From the IMG/VR virus record IMGVR_UViG_3300049381_000011, positions 1 through 64,000 of that record: 64,000 nucleotides of DNA; one strand, 5' to 3'. Source of the stretch: a virus. Lineage: Duplodnaviria > Caudoviricetes. The notes below the pieces were generated by a model that did not search any database, was not told the origin of the DNA, and worked only from the letters and a program-made list of their open reading frames with translations. Below, piece by piece: positions 8,777-17,122 of the stretch (position 1 is the stretch's first letter; each line of letters begins with the position of its first letter). The position numbers were made by a program, and so were the translations under genes.

Positions 8777-9063
8777 CAGCGCGTCCCAGGCCTGCGTGGA
8801 AACTGATCGGCGGACAGCCGATGCCGGTCCCGGGCGATGTACGCGCAGAACTCGAGCGCATGGTCGACCCCCGTGAACCACCTGCTGCCACCTTTATGGT
8901 CGGCCAGGTGCTTTTCGATCTCGGACGCGATCCGCTCCCGGACCAGCGCCTCACCCAGCTCAGCGCTACGCACCCGGAACCGCAGCACCAGGAACGTGGC
9001 CAGCAACCCGGTCGCGGCGAGCAGCACCAGCACCGGCAGCAGGGCGACCAGCACGTCGATCAC
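8776..9063 (-). CDS. Membrane-anchored hypothetical protein
   Basis: N-terminal TM segment; C-terminus resembles that of 52394-52717. Confidence 0.6.
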   Translation of the reverse strand: MIDVLVALLPVLVLLAATGLLATFLVLRFRVRSAELGEALVRERIASEIEKHLADHKGGSRWFTGVDHALEFCAYIARDRHRLSADQFPRRPGTR

Positions 9064-9593
9064 TGAGCGCCTCCCTCAGCGAGTGCTTTCGCGGCCTGTA
9101 CGAGCGCGCCGCGGATGCCAGCCTTGGTGCGGCTGGTGACGCTCGGATACAGGCGTTTGCGTCCACGGACCTCGTCTGCGCACTTGCGGCGTTCCGCGGC
9201 CCGTTCGGCGACGGCGATCATCGGGGTCGCGATGCGCAGCAGGTCGCGAGCAGCGGCCCTGTACAGGTCGCGGTATTCGTCGCCGGCGTCGTCCCAGCTG
9301 GGCCGGGCCGGGTCGTGGCCCTGTTCCATCTGCTCGATCCGGCGGCCGACGGCGTCGACGACGTCCGGGTCGACACCGGCCGGGAGCACGTTGAGGGACT
9401 CCAGAATGCTGGCCAGCACGTCGGGGAGATCCGCGCGCCGCATACCGCCACCGAACTGCAGCGTCGCTTTCAGCTCGTCCGGCCGGCCGGCGTCTGGTTT
9501 CATCTCGATCAGCAGGTAGGGGTCCATGCCGAGAACCGGCTGCAGCAGCCGCAACTCGGTCGTTGCCGGGTCCTGGCCTGCGCCGCTACTCAC
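9060..9593 (-). CDS. Hypothetical protein
   Basis: Translationally coupled in the operon. Confidence 0.6.
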   Translation of the reverse strand: MSSGAGQDPATTELRLLQPVLGMDPYLLIEMKPDAGRPDELKATLQFGGGMRRADLPDVLASILESLNVLPAGVDPDVVDAVGRRIEQMEQGHDPARPSWDDAGDEYRDLYRAAARDLLRIATPMIAVAERAAERRKCADEVRGRKRLYPSVTSRTKAGIRGALVQAAKALAEGGAQ

Positions 9594-10162
9594 AGCGCAC
9601 CAACAGTGGCGTCAGCGGCGGCCGCGTCGGCGTCGGTTCGGGCGGCTTTGCGCAGCATGACAGCCTGCAGGACTGCCGTGTGGACGTTGTGGCTCAGCAC
9701 GTCGAGGGGCAGCGCGCCGTGCTGGTCCGGTAGCGGTTCCATCAGCACGACGGCGGCTGGGTGCTCGTCGTCGGCCCAGTCGAGGGCATGTGCGGCGCAG
9801 ACCTGGATCGCCTGGCGGGGGGTGAATCGGCCGGCGTCGCGGACCATGGACGCGTGCGTGATCCCGTTCGGGGCGATCCACTGTTGCCGGGTAGGGGACC
9901 AGGCCAGCCAATCGCGCTGGTTGGGCAGGTGGTGGCCGTCGGCGACCATCTGCTGCCACAGCGCCTCCACCGTCCAGAATGGTGCCCGCTGAGCTGGGGG
10001 GAGGATTCCGGCGACGTCCTGGTTCGTCATGTCGGGCCGGTAGCGGCACTCGCCGGCGTCGTGGCCGAGCGGACCGCCGGTCAGGTCGCCGCAGATGGCG
10101 CAGTGAGGGTTGCGGCGACCGAAGGTCATCGGACGCAGCTCGGTGTGGTTCAGGTCTGGCAT
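9590..10162 (-). CDS. Hypothetical protein with N-terminal CxxC..H..C
   Basis: GAGGAG SD; coupled downstream. Confidence 0.6.
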   Translation of the reverse strand: MPDLNHTELRPMTFGRRNPHCAICGDLTGGPLGHDAGECRYRPDMTNQDVAGILPPAQRAPFWTVEALWQQMVADGHHLPNQRDWLAWSPTRQQWIAPNGITHASMVRDAGRFTPRQAIQVCAAHALDWADDEHPAAVVLMEPLPDQHGALPLDVLSHNVHTAVLQAVMLRKAARTDADAAAADATVGAL

Positions 10163-10250
10163 TGCTGGGTTCTCCTCATCGGCGGATGTGGGCTGAAACA
10201 GGTGTGGGCCGCCGGCGGTTGCCGGCGGCCCGTCACGTGCTGGTCGGCGG

Positions 10251-10673
10251 TCATGCGTTCGCGAGCTCGGCGAACAGGTCCAGCTGGACCGGTGCTGGTG
10301 GCGGGGAGAGCAGGGCGCATACCGCGAAGTGCAGCCGCAGGTCGTTCCACCGCTGCTGTTCGTCGACGGCGGCGAACGCGGCCCGGAGCTCGTCGACGCG
10401 TTCCTGCGTGATCCCGGGCCGGACCATGTCCCACACCTGGGACCAGGTCACCAGGCCGGGATAGGTGCGTACCGGGTGCGGATATTCGTCGTAGCGCAGC
10501 CCGTCGTCGGTCGCCCAGCTCCGATCGGGGTGGTTGACGATCTCGATCAGTCGGGCGCGGAGCTCCGGGACGTCGCGGGGGTTCCGGGCTGTGCTGACCA
10601 GCGCGAGCATCCCTTCTGCGCCGAGGCTGCCACGGACCATGACAGGCCGGTTGACGGGTTTCGGGTCGCTCAT
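10251..10673 (-). CDS. Hypothetical protein with C-terminal QLDLF clamp-binding-like motif
   Basis: Ends PAPVQLDLFAELANA. Confidence 0.6.
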   Translation of the reverse strand: MSDPKPVNRPVMVRGSLGAEGMLALVSTARNPRDVPELRARLIEIVNHPDRSWATDDGLRYDEYPHPVRTYPGLVTWSQVWDMVRPGITQERVDELRAAFAAVDEQQRWNDLRLHFAVCALLSPPPAPVQLDLFAELANA

Positions 10674-11308
10674 GCCGACCAGTGCCGGACGTCGCCGTAC
10701 TTGGCCGTCTTGGTGTAGATCCGGCCGTTACCGGAGGGGGTGGCGGTGAACACGTCGACGCTGCTTTTCGCGAGCTGGACCGCGACGCCGACCCGGTACT
10801 GGCCGGCGCTGTGGACCGCGACCAGGTCGCCGACCTTGACCGTCGTCGACGTCGTCACGGGCAGCGCGACGAAGTCGGGGTATCGCATCGAGCGGATGCT
10901 GGCGAGGACCAGCGGCGTGTACTGCTCCAGCAGCGCGAGTTTGCGCAGTGTTCGGCGTGCTGCTGACCGGGCGCTGTTGACGGATGTGCACGGGTCGCTG
11001 AGTGGGGTGCTGGTCGGGGTGAAACCCGACTCGTAGCCGGCTCGTTCGCCGGCCTTGTGGTACGGGCTGGCGTGCAGGTAGAAGTCGCTGTGCGCCTGCC
11101 CGGTCGTGTAGCCGCCTGCCCGGTAGGCGCGGCAGGTCTCGGCGATGTTCTCGACGGGCTTGTCGCCGAAGTGTTTGATCGACCAGAACCGCAGCTGGAC
11201 GATGTCGATGTCCACGCCGTCGACGTGTTCGCGGACGACGTTGATGGGTGGGCCGACGTGGTGGACCCGGTTGCCTCGGGCGTCTGCGTCGATCACGGTT
11301 TGGGTCAC
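10670..11308 (-). CDS. Hypothetical protein with C-terminal KOW/SH3-like domain
   Basis: GTG 11308 after CUGGAA hairpin and CCAGGGAG. Confidence 0.6.
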   Translation of the reverse strand: MTQTVIDADARGNRVHHVGPPINVVREHVDGVDIDIVQLRFWSIKHFGDKPVENIAETCRAYRAGGYTTGQAHSDFYLHASPYHKAGERAGYESGFTPTSTPLSDPCTSVNSARSAARRTLRKLALLEQYTPLVLASIRSMRYPDFVALPVTTSTTVKVGDLVAVHSAGQYRVGVAVQLAKSSVDVFTATPSGNGRIYTKTAKYGDVRHWSA

Positions 11309-11325
11309 TTTTGCTCCCTGGTGAG

Positions 11326-11382
11326 TGGCATTTCCAGATGCCAGGTTGTGTGTCAGCGTAACGACTCGGCATAAATCGTGTA
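11326..11382 (-). promoter_or_regulatory. Degenerate phage-motif promoter plus CUGGAA hairpin (11326-11343)
   Basis: TGGCAT-CTGGAA-ATGCCA; ACGATTTA motif with TACGCT -10 (16-bp spacer). Confidence 0.55.
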
Positions 11383-11461
11383 TATAACTGATCGGATTAC
11401 CGGATTTGAGGCGAGTAGGCCGCACCCTCCGGGATTCGGGGGGTGCGGCCAGCCGTATGGG

Positions 11462-12076
11462 CTACTCGCCGTGGCAGCAGCCCTGGCAGCAGTCCGTGTC
11501 GTGGGCCAGGCCGCAGCCCGCGCCCCGGTTCGGGGTGGCGTCACGGCCGCAGTCGTGCGCGCAGCCGGCCGGGGTGGGGTCGGCGCAGAACTGGTGGGCG
11601 GTCTCGCAGCCGGCCTGGATGCCGGGGGTGCCGTAGGTGGTGCAGTTGTCGCAGGCGTCGACGTGGCCGAGCGAGCCGCCGGCGAGGGTGATGAGCAGCC
11701 CGCCGCACGTGCACCGGTATTCGGTCTGGTCCGCGCCTGCGATGCGGGTGTGGATGGCCAGCCACCGCTGGCCGCGCTCACGGATCACCGCGCTGTCGAC
11801 GTCGTGTGTGGCCTTGAGTGCTGCGGCGACGAGCGTGGGCAGCAGCCACGACGCGGTCGCGACGCGGGCGCGGGCCAGGCTGCTGTGGACGTCGGAGATC
11901 TGCCCGGTGGGCAGGTAGCGGACCGCCCAGCTGGTGGAGGAGTCCTCCAGCCGCTCGTAGAGCCACAGGCCGCACTGGCTGGTCGCGGCTGCGATGGTCG
12001 TACCGGAGCCGGGGACGCCGTTGCGCACGGCGGGCATGCGGTGGAGCTTGACTGCGGTGGCGGTCGTCTGGGGCAT
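11462..12076 (-). CDS. Cys/His-rich hypothetical protein
   Basis: C-terminal third has about a dozen Cys; first gene of the leftward operon. Confidence 0.65.
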   Translation of the reverse strand: MPQTTATAVKLHRMPAVRNGVPGSGTTIAAATSQCGLWLYERLEDSSTSWAVRYLPTGQISDVHSSLARARVATASWLLPTLVAAALKATHDVDSAVIRERGQRWLAIHTRIAGADQTEYRCTCGGLLITLAGGSLGHVDACDNCTTYGTPGIQAGCETAHQFCADPTPAGCAHDCGRDATPNRGAGCGLAHDTDCCQGCCHGE

Positions 12077-12093
12077 CGTGTCCTCCTGGTCTG

Positions 12094-12253
12094 GCAGGCG
12101 GTTCCAGCCGCCTGCATGTCTCAGACTAGCCGTATGGCGTTAAATCGTCAATAACATCTACCCGTATTTTCGGTCAGTGTTTGCCACCCAGCCAGCGCGA
12201 ACACGCGCAGCCGTGAACAACTTATTGACGATTTACCGTCGCATGGGTAGCTT
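12094..12253. promoter_or_regulatory. Divergent pair of phage-motif promoters (minus 12123-12151, plus 12225-12253) and CUGGAA hairpin (minus 12094-12115)
   Basis: TTGACG-17-TAGTCT on minus, TTGACG-17-TAGCTT on plus, both with TTATTGACGATTTA. Confidence 0.8.
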
Positions 12254-12279
12254 GATGACAACGACGAGGAGGAGGCGAC

Positions 12280-12597
12280 ATGGAACATGAGCCCTGGTGC
12301 CTGCAGGAGCACGACGAGTCCGAGGACTGCGGCGACCACATGAGCTGGTGCGACCGCGAACACAGGATGGACGCCGAATGCGAGCGCCAGGTCGAGGACG
12401 GCGACGACCTGTTCGCCCCCGCGCTGATCGGCGTCCCCGGCGACTACTGCCGGGTCTCGATCAGCGACGACTACAACGCCGAGGACCTGCCCCGCCTCAT
12501 CGCCCAGCTGCAGGAGCTGCAGCCGCTCGTGATCCGCTCCACCTGGGCCGAGGTCAACAACAACGCCGGACCGGTACCGCCGGGCTGGGAGGGCTGA
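12280..12597 (+). CDS. Acidic Cys/His hypothetical protein
   Basis: GGAGGAGG SD; duplicated HxxWCxxEHxxxxxC. Confidence 0.65.
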   Translation: MEHEPWCLQEHDESEDCGDHMSWCDREHRMDAECERQVEDGDDLFAPALIGVPGDYCRVSISDDYNAEDLPRLIAQLQELQPLVIRSTWAEVNNNAGPVPPGWEG

Positions 12598-12600
12598 CCT

Positions 12601-13137
12601 GTGGCCGTGTACGTCGACGACTACCGGGCACCGGCAGAGGTCAACGGGATCTCCGCCCGCTGGTCGCATCTGCTGGCCGACGGCGACGCCGAGCTGGTCG
12701 CGTTCGGTCGCCGGCTCGGTCTGCGGCCCGGCTGGCTGCAACACGCCGGTCAGCCGACCTGCCATTTCGACGTCACCGACGGCATGCGGGAGAAGGCGAT
12801 CCGGGCCGGCGCGCAGCCGATCACCGTCCGCGACAGCGGTGAGATCGTCCGCAGGCGTCGAGCGGCCCTGCGGACAGCCGCGCAGGAGACCGGCATGCCA
12901 GCGCCAGCGCCGCCGGCCCGCAGGGTGGCGTACAACCCCACTCTGCGACGGCACTCCTGGCTCAAACTGCGCGAGCACGTGTCACGCTGCCGCTGGTGCG
13001 AGATCGAGACCGTCAACCAGCCGGACGAGGAGTCCCGGTCGTGGTTCAAGACCTGGACGTACCCGTCCGGCGGGCACGGCACGACGTACGGCGGCGTGAA
13101 GCTCCCGACGTGCAGTGGACCCCTGGAAGCGCGCTGA
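12601..13137 (+). CDS. DUF4031 family protein with C-terminal Zn ribbon
   Basis: MAVYVDD...WSHLLAD..ELVAFGRRLGLRPGWLQ...HFDVT...REKAIRAGA signature. Confidence 0.8.
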   Translation: MAVYVDDYRAPAEVNGISARWSHLLADGDAELVAFGRRLGLRPGWLQHAGQPTCHFDVTDGMREKAIRAGAQPITVRDSGEIVRRRRAALRTAAQETGMPAPAPPARRVAYNPTLRRHSWLKLREHVSRCRWCEIETVNQPDEESRSWFKTWTYPSGGHGTTYGGVKLPTCSGPLEAR

Positions 13138-13459
13138 TGGCCGACTGGTACGCCGCACGCCCGCGACCGGCGACGGCCGACGAGCGGCGCGCAAGCCGGG
13201 CGCAGCTGTACGCCGACCTGCTCGCCGCGCTACCCAGACCTGGCGCGCGTCCGATGCCGACCGTGTGCTGGCCGAGCGGTTCGCGATGGACTCCTACGAC
13301 TGGTCGAGCAAGTTGTGGCCGGCGCTGGACCTGCTGGTCCGGCACGGCCTGGTCGAGCGGCTCGCTGTCGAGGATCAGCGGGAGCGCAGCTGGCGCAAGA
13401 CGCAGGAGGGTGCGGCGTGGTCTGGGACGCCGTTTGCGCTGCTCAACACCCTCAAATAA
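13137..13459 (+). pseudogene. Frameshifted winged-helix-like gene
   Basis: ATG 13137 (TGATG coupling) reads MADWY...PMPT; the protein-like continuation RVLAERF...LWPALDLLVRHGLVERL is in another frame; one added base near 13260 would join them. Confidence 0.55.
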
Positions 13460-13475
13460 AAGCGTGCATATGTTA

Positions 13476-13548
13476 TTGACGATTTAACTTTGGGCGGGTA
13501 ACGTATCAGGTACAGGCGCTGGAAACGCCCACCAACCCGACCAGGAGG
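13476..13548 (+). promoter_or_regulatory. Phage-motif promoter (TTGACG-17-TAACGT) plus CUGGAA(A) hairpin and CCAGGAGG
   Basis: CATATGTTATTGACGATTTA; GGCG-CTGGAAA-CGCC at 13515-13529. Confidence 0.75.
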
Positions 13549-13553
13549 ACATC

Positions 13554-13901
13554 ATGTCGAAGGCCATGCTCACCGACGCGCAGTTCGAGACCATCGCCAG
13601 CGTCCTGGCCCGGCACGGCGGGAGCGCGCTCCGGTTCGCCGACACCAAGACCGTCATGACCCTCACCGCGCTGAACCGCAAGGGCATGGCGACGATCGTC
13701 TGGGGTGTCGTCGACGGCCGGCGCGGCATCCACTCGGCGGAGATCACCGGCTACGGCCGGACCATCCACCGCGACGAGACCACCCGCCGCGCGGCGGTCG
13801 CCAAGCGCGACGCCAGCCTCGCCGGCGAGGCCACCCGTCGCGCGATCGACGTGCAGCTGGGCCTGGCCCCCGCATCGTGCGGATACGCCTACAGCGCGTG
13901 A
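13554..13901 (+). CDS. Small winged-helix-like hypothetical protein
   Basis: LTDAQ...TLTALNRKGM...EITGYG pattern; strong SD. Confidence 0.65.
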   Translation: MSKAMLTDAQFETIASVLARHGGSALRFADTKTVMTLTALNRKGMATIVWGVVDGRRGIHSAEITGYGRTIHRDETTRRAAVAKRDASLAGEATRRAIDVQLGLAPASCGYAYSA

Positions 13902-13912
13902 CCATCACCGCG

Positions 13913-13947
13913 ACGTCCCCGGCCGGTTGATCCCGCCGGGGACGTCG
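13913..13947 (+). terminator. Hairpin after 13554-13901
   Basis: GACGTCCCCGGC...GCCGGGGACGTC. Confidence 0.6.
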
Positions 13948-14021
13948 TCTGTCACCCGATGTGCCAACCCGCCGAGAAACCCCGCATATGTTATTGAATT
14001 CGCCTGGCCGGGGGTAATGTC

Positions 14022-14605
14022 GCTGACGCGCGGACCTGTGGTTTCGCGCTCAGCCGGTCGGAGACTGACTCTGCGGCCGCACGCAAGACCAGACCGGGTT
14101 GACCCCGGAATGGACAGACACGGACACACACCGTTAGCTAGCCGGACCGTTGCTCCCGGCGGCATCGGTGTGCCCGCAAGGTGAGACCCAGGGTGAGGCC
14201 AGCCCAAAAGTGGGGCCGCCCGCGTTGGACGCGCGGACGACCCCGTTCCTCCCCCTGGCCCCGCGACCGTGTGGCGGTCGCGGGTGGGCGGTGGCGTGCT
14301 GAGGGTTGACCGTGCCCCGTGCATCCCTCAGATGCGCCGCCGTCCCCCTTGCGAGTGATGGATCTTGGCCGTCTGGGCGTTCGGCGAACGCGACGGTCGG
14401 TTCTGAAGCCGTGAAAGGGTCGAAGCGCAGCGCAAGCGAGCGCCTGCACCGGGCTGTTTTCCCAGTACGCGGGCCTAAACCCTGCGCGATGTGCGGATGT
14501 TACCGCCGGGAGTGTTACCCCGGGTCACGCAGCGCAGGAAGATTTCCCCCGACAAGCGGATGGTGCACTAATTTGTGACCGTTCGGGCCGTTTTCGCTAA
14601 CGGCG
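14022..14605 (+). ncRNA. Putative large structured noncoding RNA (~590 nt)
   Basis: No credible ORF; preceded by CATATGTTATTGAAT...TAATGT promoter variant (about 13985-14020); more than a dozen consecutive hairpins; ends just before the next promoter. Confidence 0.6.
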
Positions 14606-14626
14606 CGAATCCACATGCGCATGTTA

Positions 14627-14655
14627 TTGACGATTTATAAGCACATGGCTAGTCT
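14627..14655 (+). promoter_or_regulatory. Phage-motif promoter (TTGACG-17-TAGTCT)
   Basis: CATGTTATTGACGATTTA. Confidence 0.75.
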
Positions 14656-14687
14656 GGACATAACACCAGTTTGCTGAGGGAGATCCC

Positions 14688-14969
14688 ATGTTCCGCACAC
14701 TGTCCCGGAAACGTGCCGACCAGTCCAGCACCGGCCGGAAGCGTTCTCGCGACAGCCGCGAGAGGCCGTACAACGGCCACACCAGAGTGGAGATCCCCAT
14801 GGGAGCCCGCATCAAGCCGCTACCCGGCGGCCGTCACCCGTCCGTCTCAGCCGCCACAGCATCAGCCCTGCGTGAGAACACCCAGGAGCTGCCGGAGATC
14901 AAGGACGCCCGTCTCAACAAGACGTCCCCGTGGCCCGCCCACATCCGACCGTTGAACACCGGTAGGTAG
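14688..14969 (+). CDS. Basic hypothetical protein
   Basis: GAGGGGAG SD following the promoter. Confidence 0.5.
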   Translation: MFRTLSRKRADQSSTGRKRSRDSRERPYNGHTRVEIPMGARIKPLPGGRHPSVSAATASALRENTQELPEIKDARLNKTSPWPAHIRPLNTGR

Positions 14970-15079
14970 GCGGGACCGGCCAAACGCTATTTGGCCGGTC
15001 CCGGCAGGACATCTTGCCACGGACCGAACCGCCGTGGGCACCCAGCCGGGGTGCCCACGGCACCACCCGAAAGGCGAAC

Positions 15080-15493
15080 ATGACAAATGACGGAGCGACC
15101 GCGACGGACACCTGGCCACCACAGCAGCGTGCCGTCGCCGAGCAGCTACTCGCCGGCGACCTAGCCGACAATCTCGTCAGCGCGCTGAAGCCCAACGGCG
15201 GCATGTACTCCGTCACGTGCGGCTGGGGCTACATGGACGTCAGCCGCAACGACGGACCCGACGGCAGCTACACCGTCGTCGCCATCCCCCGCCCCGCGCT
15301 GACCTTCACCACGGACGCTGGACCGCAGCAGCCCGTGTTCCTGCACTTCTGCGGCTGCCAGGCCGACGTGACCGTCTGGCCCGGAACGCACGTCGACGTC
15401 CTCCAGGCCGCCACCATCGCGATCATGAAAGCGTTGCAGAGCCTACGCCAGACCCAGGACGCGATCAAGGCCATGCGCCTGTACGACAACTGA
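15080..15493 (+). CDS. Hypothetical protein
   Basis: GAAAGG SD, GC3-rich codons. Confidence 0.65.
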   Translation: MTNDGATATDTWPPQQRAVAEQLLAGDLADNLVSALKPNGGMYSVTCGWGYMDVSRNDGPDGSYTVVAIPRPALTFTTDAGPQQPVFLHFCGCQADVTVWPGTHVDVLQAATIAIMKALQSLRQTQDAIKAMRLYDN

Positions 15494-15614
15494 GCCACAC
15501 TCTCCCCGCCGGGCGGGGGTCGAGCGTCCCCCCGACGCCGACCCTCGCCCTCTTTCACACCCGGCCCACGCGCCGCGCAGCACCCCGCCGCAGGCCTGCC
15601 GTTAGCGTGAACGG

Positions 15615-15800
15615 ATGCCCGACACACGACCGGCCCGAGTGAAACGCGAACAGAAGCCGTTCCAGCAACTCAACCCGATACAGAAGGTCTCCTATGTCTT
15701 CGGCGTGGCCATCGGCGTCGCGTTGATCCTGGGCGCGATACGGCTCGCCTGGTGGTGGCTGCTATGGCCACTGTGGAACGACATCGCCAGCCTGTTCTGA
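15615..15800 (+). CDS. Small membrane protein
   Basis: Single long hydrophobic segment. Confidence 0.5.
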   Translation: MPDTRPARVKREQKPFQQLNPIQKVSYVFGVAIGVALILGAIRLAWWWLLWPLWNDIASLF

Positions 15801-15863
15801 CCCGCAACGACTAATATCGGCCCCCGCCGGCCCGGCGGGGCACGGCGGGGGCAACAGGACAGG

Positions 15864-16247
15864 TCATGCCTTACGGACGGTGCCGGTCTTCCCGTCGATG
15901 ATCCGAACCGCGTCCTCATCCCGGGCGTACACCGGTTTCGACGCGACGAGGTTGAGCGCGACCAGCCACCGGCCGATCCGCGGCCAGCGCCGCTCAACGA
16001 GCCGCGCCAGGGCGTAATACCCGGCGATGACAAGCCCCGCCGTGACGATCCCCGCGGACGCCGACGCCCCCGGCTTGATCACGATGTGCCAGTGGACAGC
16101 CAACCAGGCGACCAGGGCACCGATCCCGATCGGCACCCATGTGCGGATCAGCGACACGACGTAGCCCGGCGGAACGTAGTGGTCGAGCAGCTCGTCGACG
16201 TAGCCGGCCGGATCGAACTGCGGATCACGTGATGACGGTGTGGACAT
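15864..16247 (-). CDS. Holin-like membrane protein
   Basis: SLIRTWVPIGIGALVAWL...YYALARLVERRWP pattern, 2 TM; last gene of the late arm. Confidence 0.7.
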   Translation of the reverse strand: MSTPSSRDPQFDPAGYVDELLDHYVPPGYVVSLIRTWVPIGIGALVAWLAVHWHIVIKPGASASAGIVTAGLVIAGYYALARLVERRWPRIGRWLVALNLVASKPVYARDEDAVRIIDGKTGTVRKA

Positions 16248-16272
16248 GGAACCCTCCCTTACCGGTGACCGC

Positions 16273-16644
16273 TCACTGCGAGCGGCCCTTCGTGCTGGTG
16301 GCTGGTGGTGGCTGATCGGATGGCTGGACCGGGTCCTCCGGGTTGGGGGTGATGCCCTTCTCCCGCAGCTGGTAGCGGTATTTCGCGGCGATGTCACGCC
16401 AGTAGTCCAGGTCCCGGCGCGCTACCCGCTCGCGACGTTCGGCGTCGTCCGCCCGCGCCGCCAAATCGGTGATTGTCTCCCGTTCCCGGGCCCGGGCGCC
16501 GCCCCGCAGCGTTGCCCACGACTTGACGACCGACGACAAGAACACAGCGCCTCCGGACGACAGCAGTGCCGTCACGACGAGCGTCATCACAGACGCGTCA
16601 GCGACGGCCGCGGCGACGGCGGCGAGGTCATCGAGGACGGGCAC
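16273..16644 (-). CDS. Membrane/coiled-coil protein (lysis cassette)
   Basis: N-terminal TM plus coiled coil. Confidence 0.6.
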   Translation of the reverse strand: MPVLDDLAAVAAAVADASVMTLVVTALLSSGGAVFLSSVVKSWATLRGGARARERETITDLAARADDAERRERVARRDLDYWRDIAAKYRYQLREKGITPNPEDPVQPSDQPPPATSTKGRSQ

Positions 16645-16646
16645 CG

Positions 16647-17108
16647 TTAACCGCCTTTCGGTCGGCGATCCCAGCGCTTCGCCGTACGGTGCCTGGGTGC
16701 GATGGACTGCACAGCTTTACGAACCGCGGCGACTTCCAGCCAGCGGACGGCGAGGAACGCGGCCATGGCGAGGAGGACCGCACCGCCTGCGAGGGACGTC
16801 GTCCGCCCGGACGACAGCGCCGACACCCCATACACGGCGGCGACAGCGGTCAGGAGCGGCAGGCCGAGGTACTCGCCGATCCACCGGTCCGTGATCGCCC
16901 CGAACGCCGACAGCAGCCCACCACCGGTGAGGAACACCGCCCACACCATGAGCAGCTGCGCGATCGGCGCGGTCGCCCGTTCGACCGCCGGCGCCGGCCA
17001 CTGCGCGGCGAACATTCCAGCCGCGGCCATCAGCATGTAGCCGCCGGCGCGGACCAGCCGCCGGCGCTGCCTCGGATACCTGACCGGTGCGCCGCTCTGG
17101 TGAGACAT
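16647..17108 (-). CDS. 4-TM membrane protein (lysis cassette)
   Basis: Four hydrophobic segments. Confidence 0.6.
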   Translation of the reverse strand: MSHQSGAPVRYPRQRRRLVRAGGYMLMAAAGMFAAQWPAPAVERATAPIAQLLMVWAVFLTGGGLLSAFGAITDRWIGEYLGLPLLTAVAAVYGVSALSSGRTTSLAGGAVLLAMAAFLAVRWLEVAAVRKAVQSIAPRHRTAKRWDRRPKGG

Positions 17109-17122
17109 GCACCCCTCCGACG

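Noticed and set aside
14022-14605. Structured region considered as tRNA cluster, tmRNA, RNase P RNA or group I/II intron
   Set aside because: No cloverleaf with T-loop and CCA, no tmRNA ends, no RNase P GAGGAAAGUCC core, no intron boundary motifs or interrupted gene recognised.
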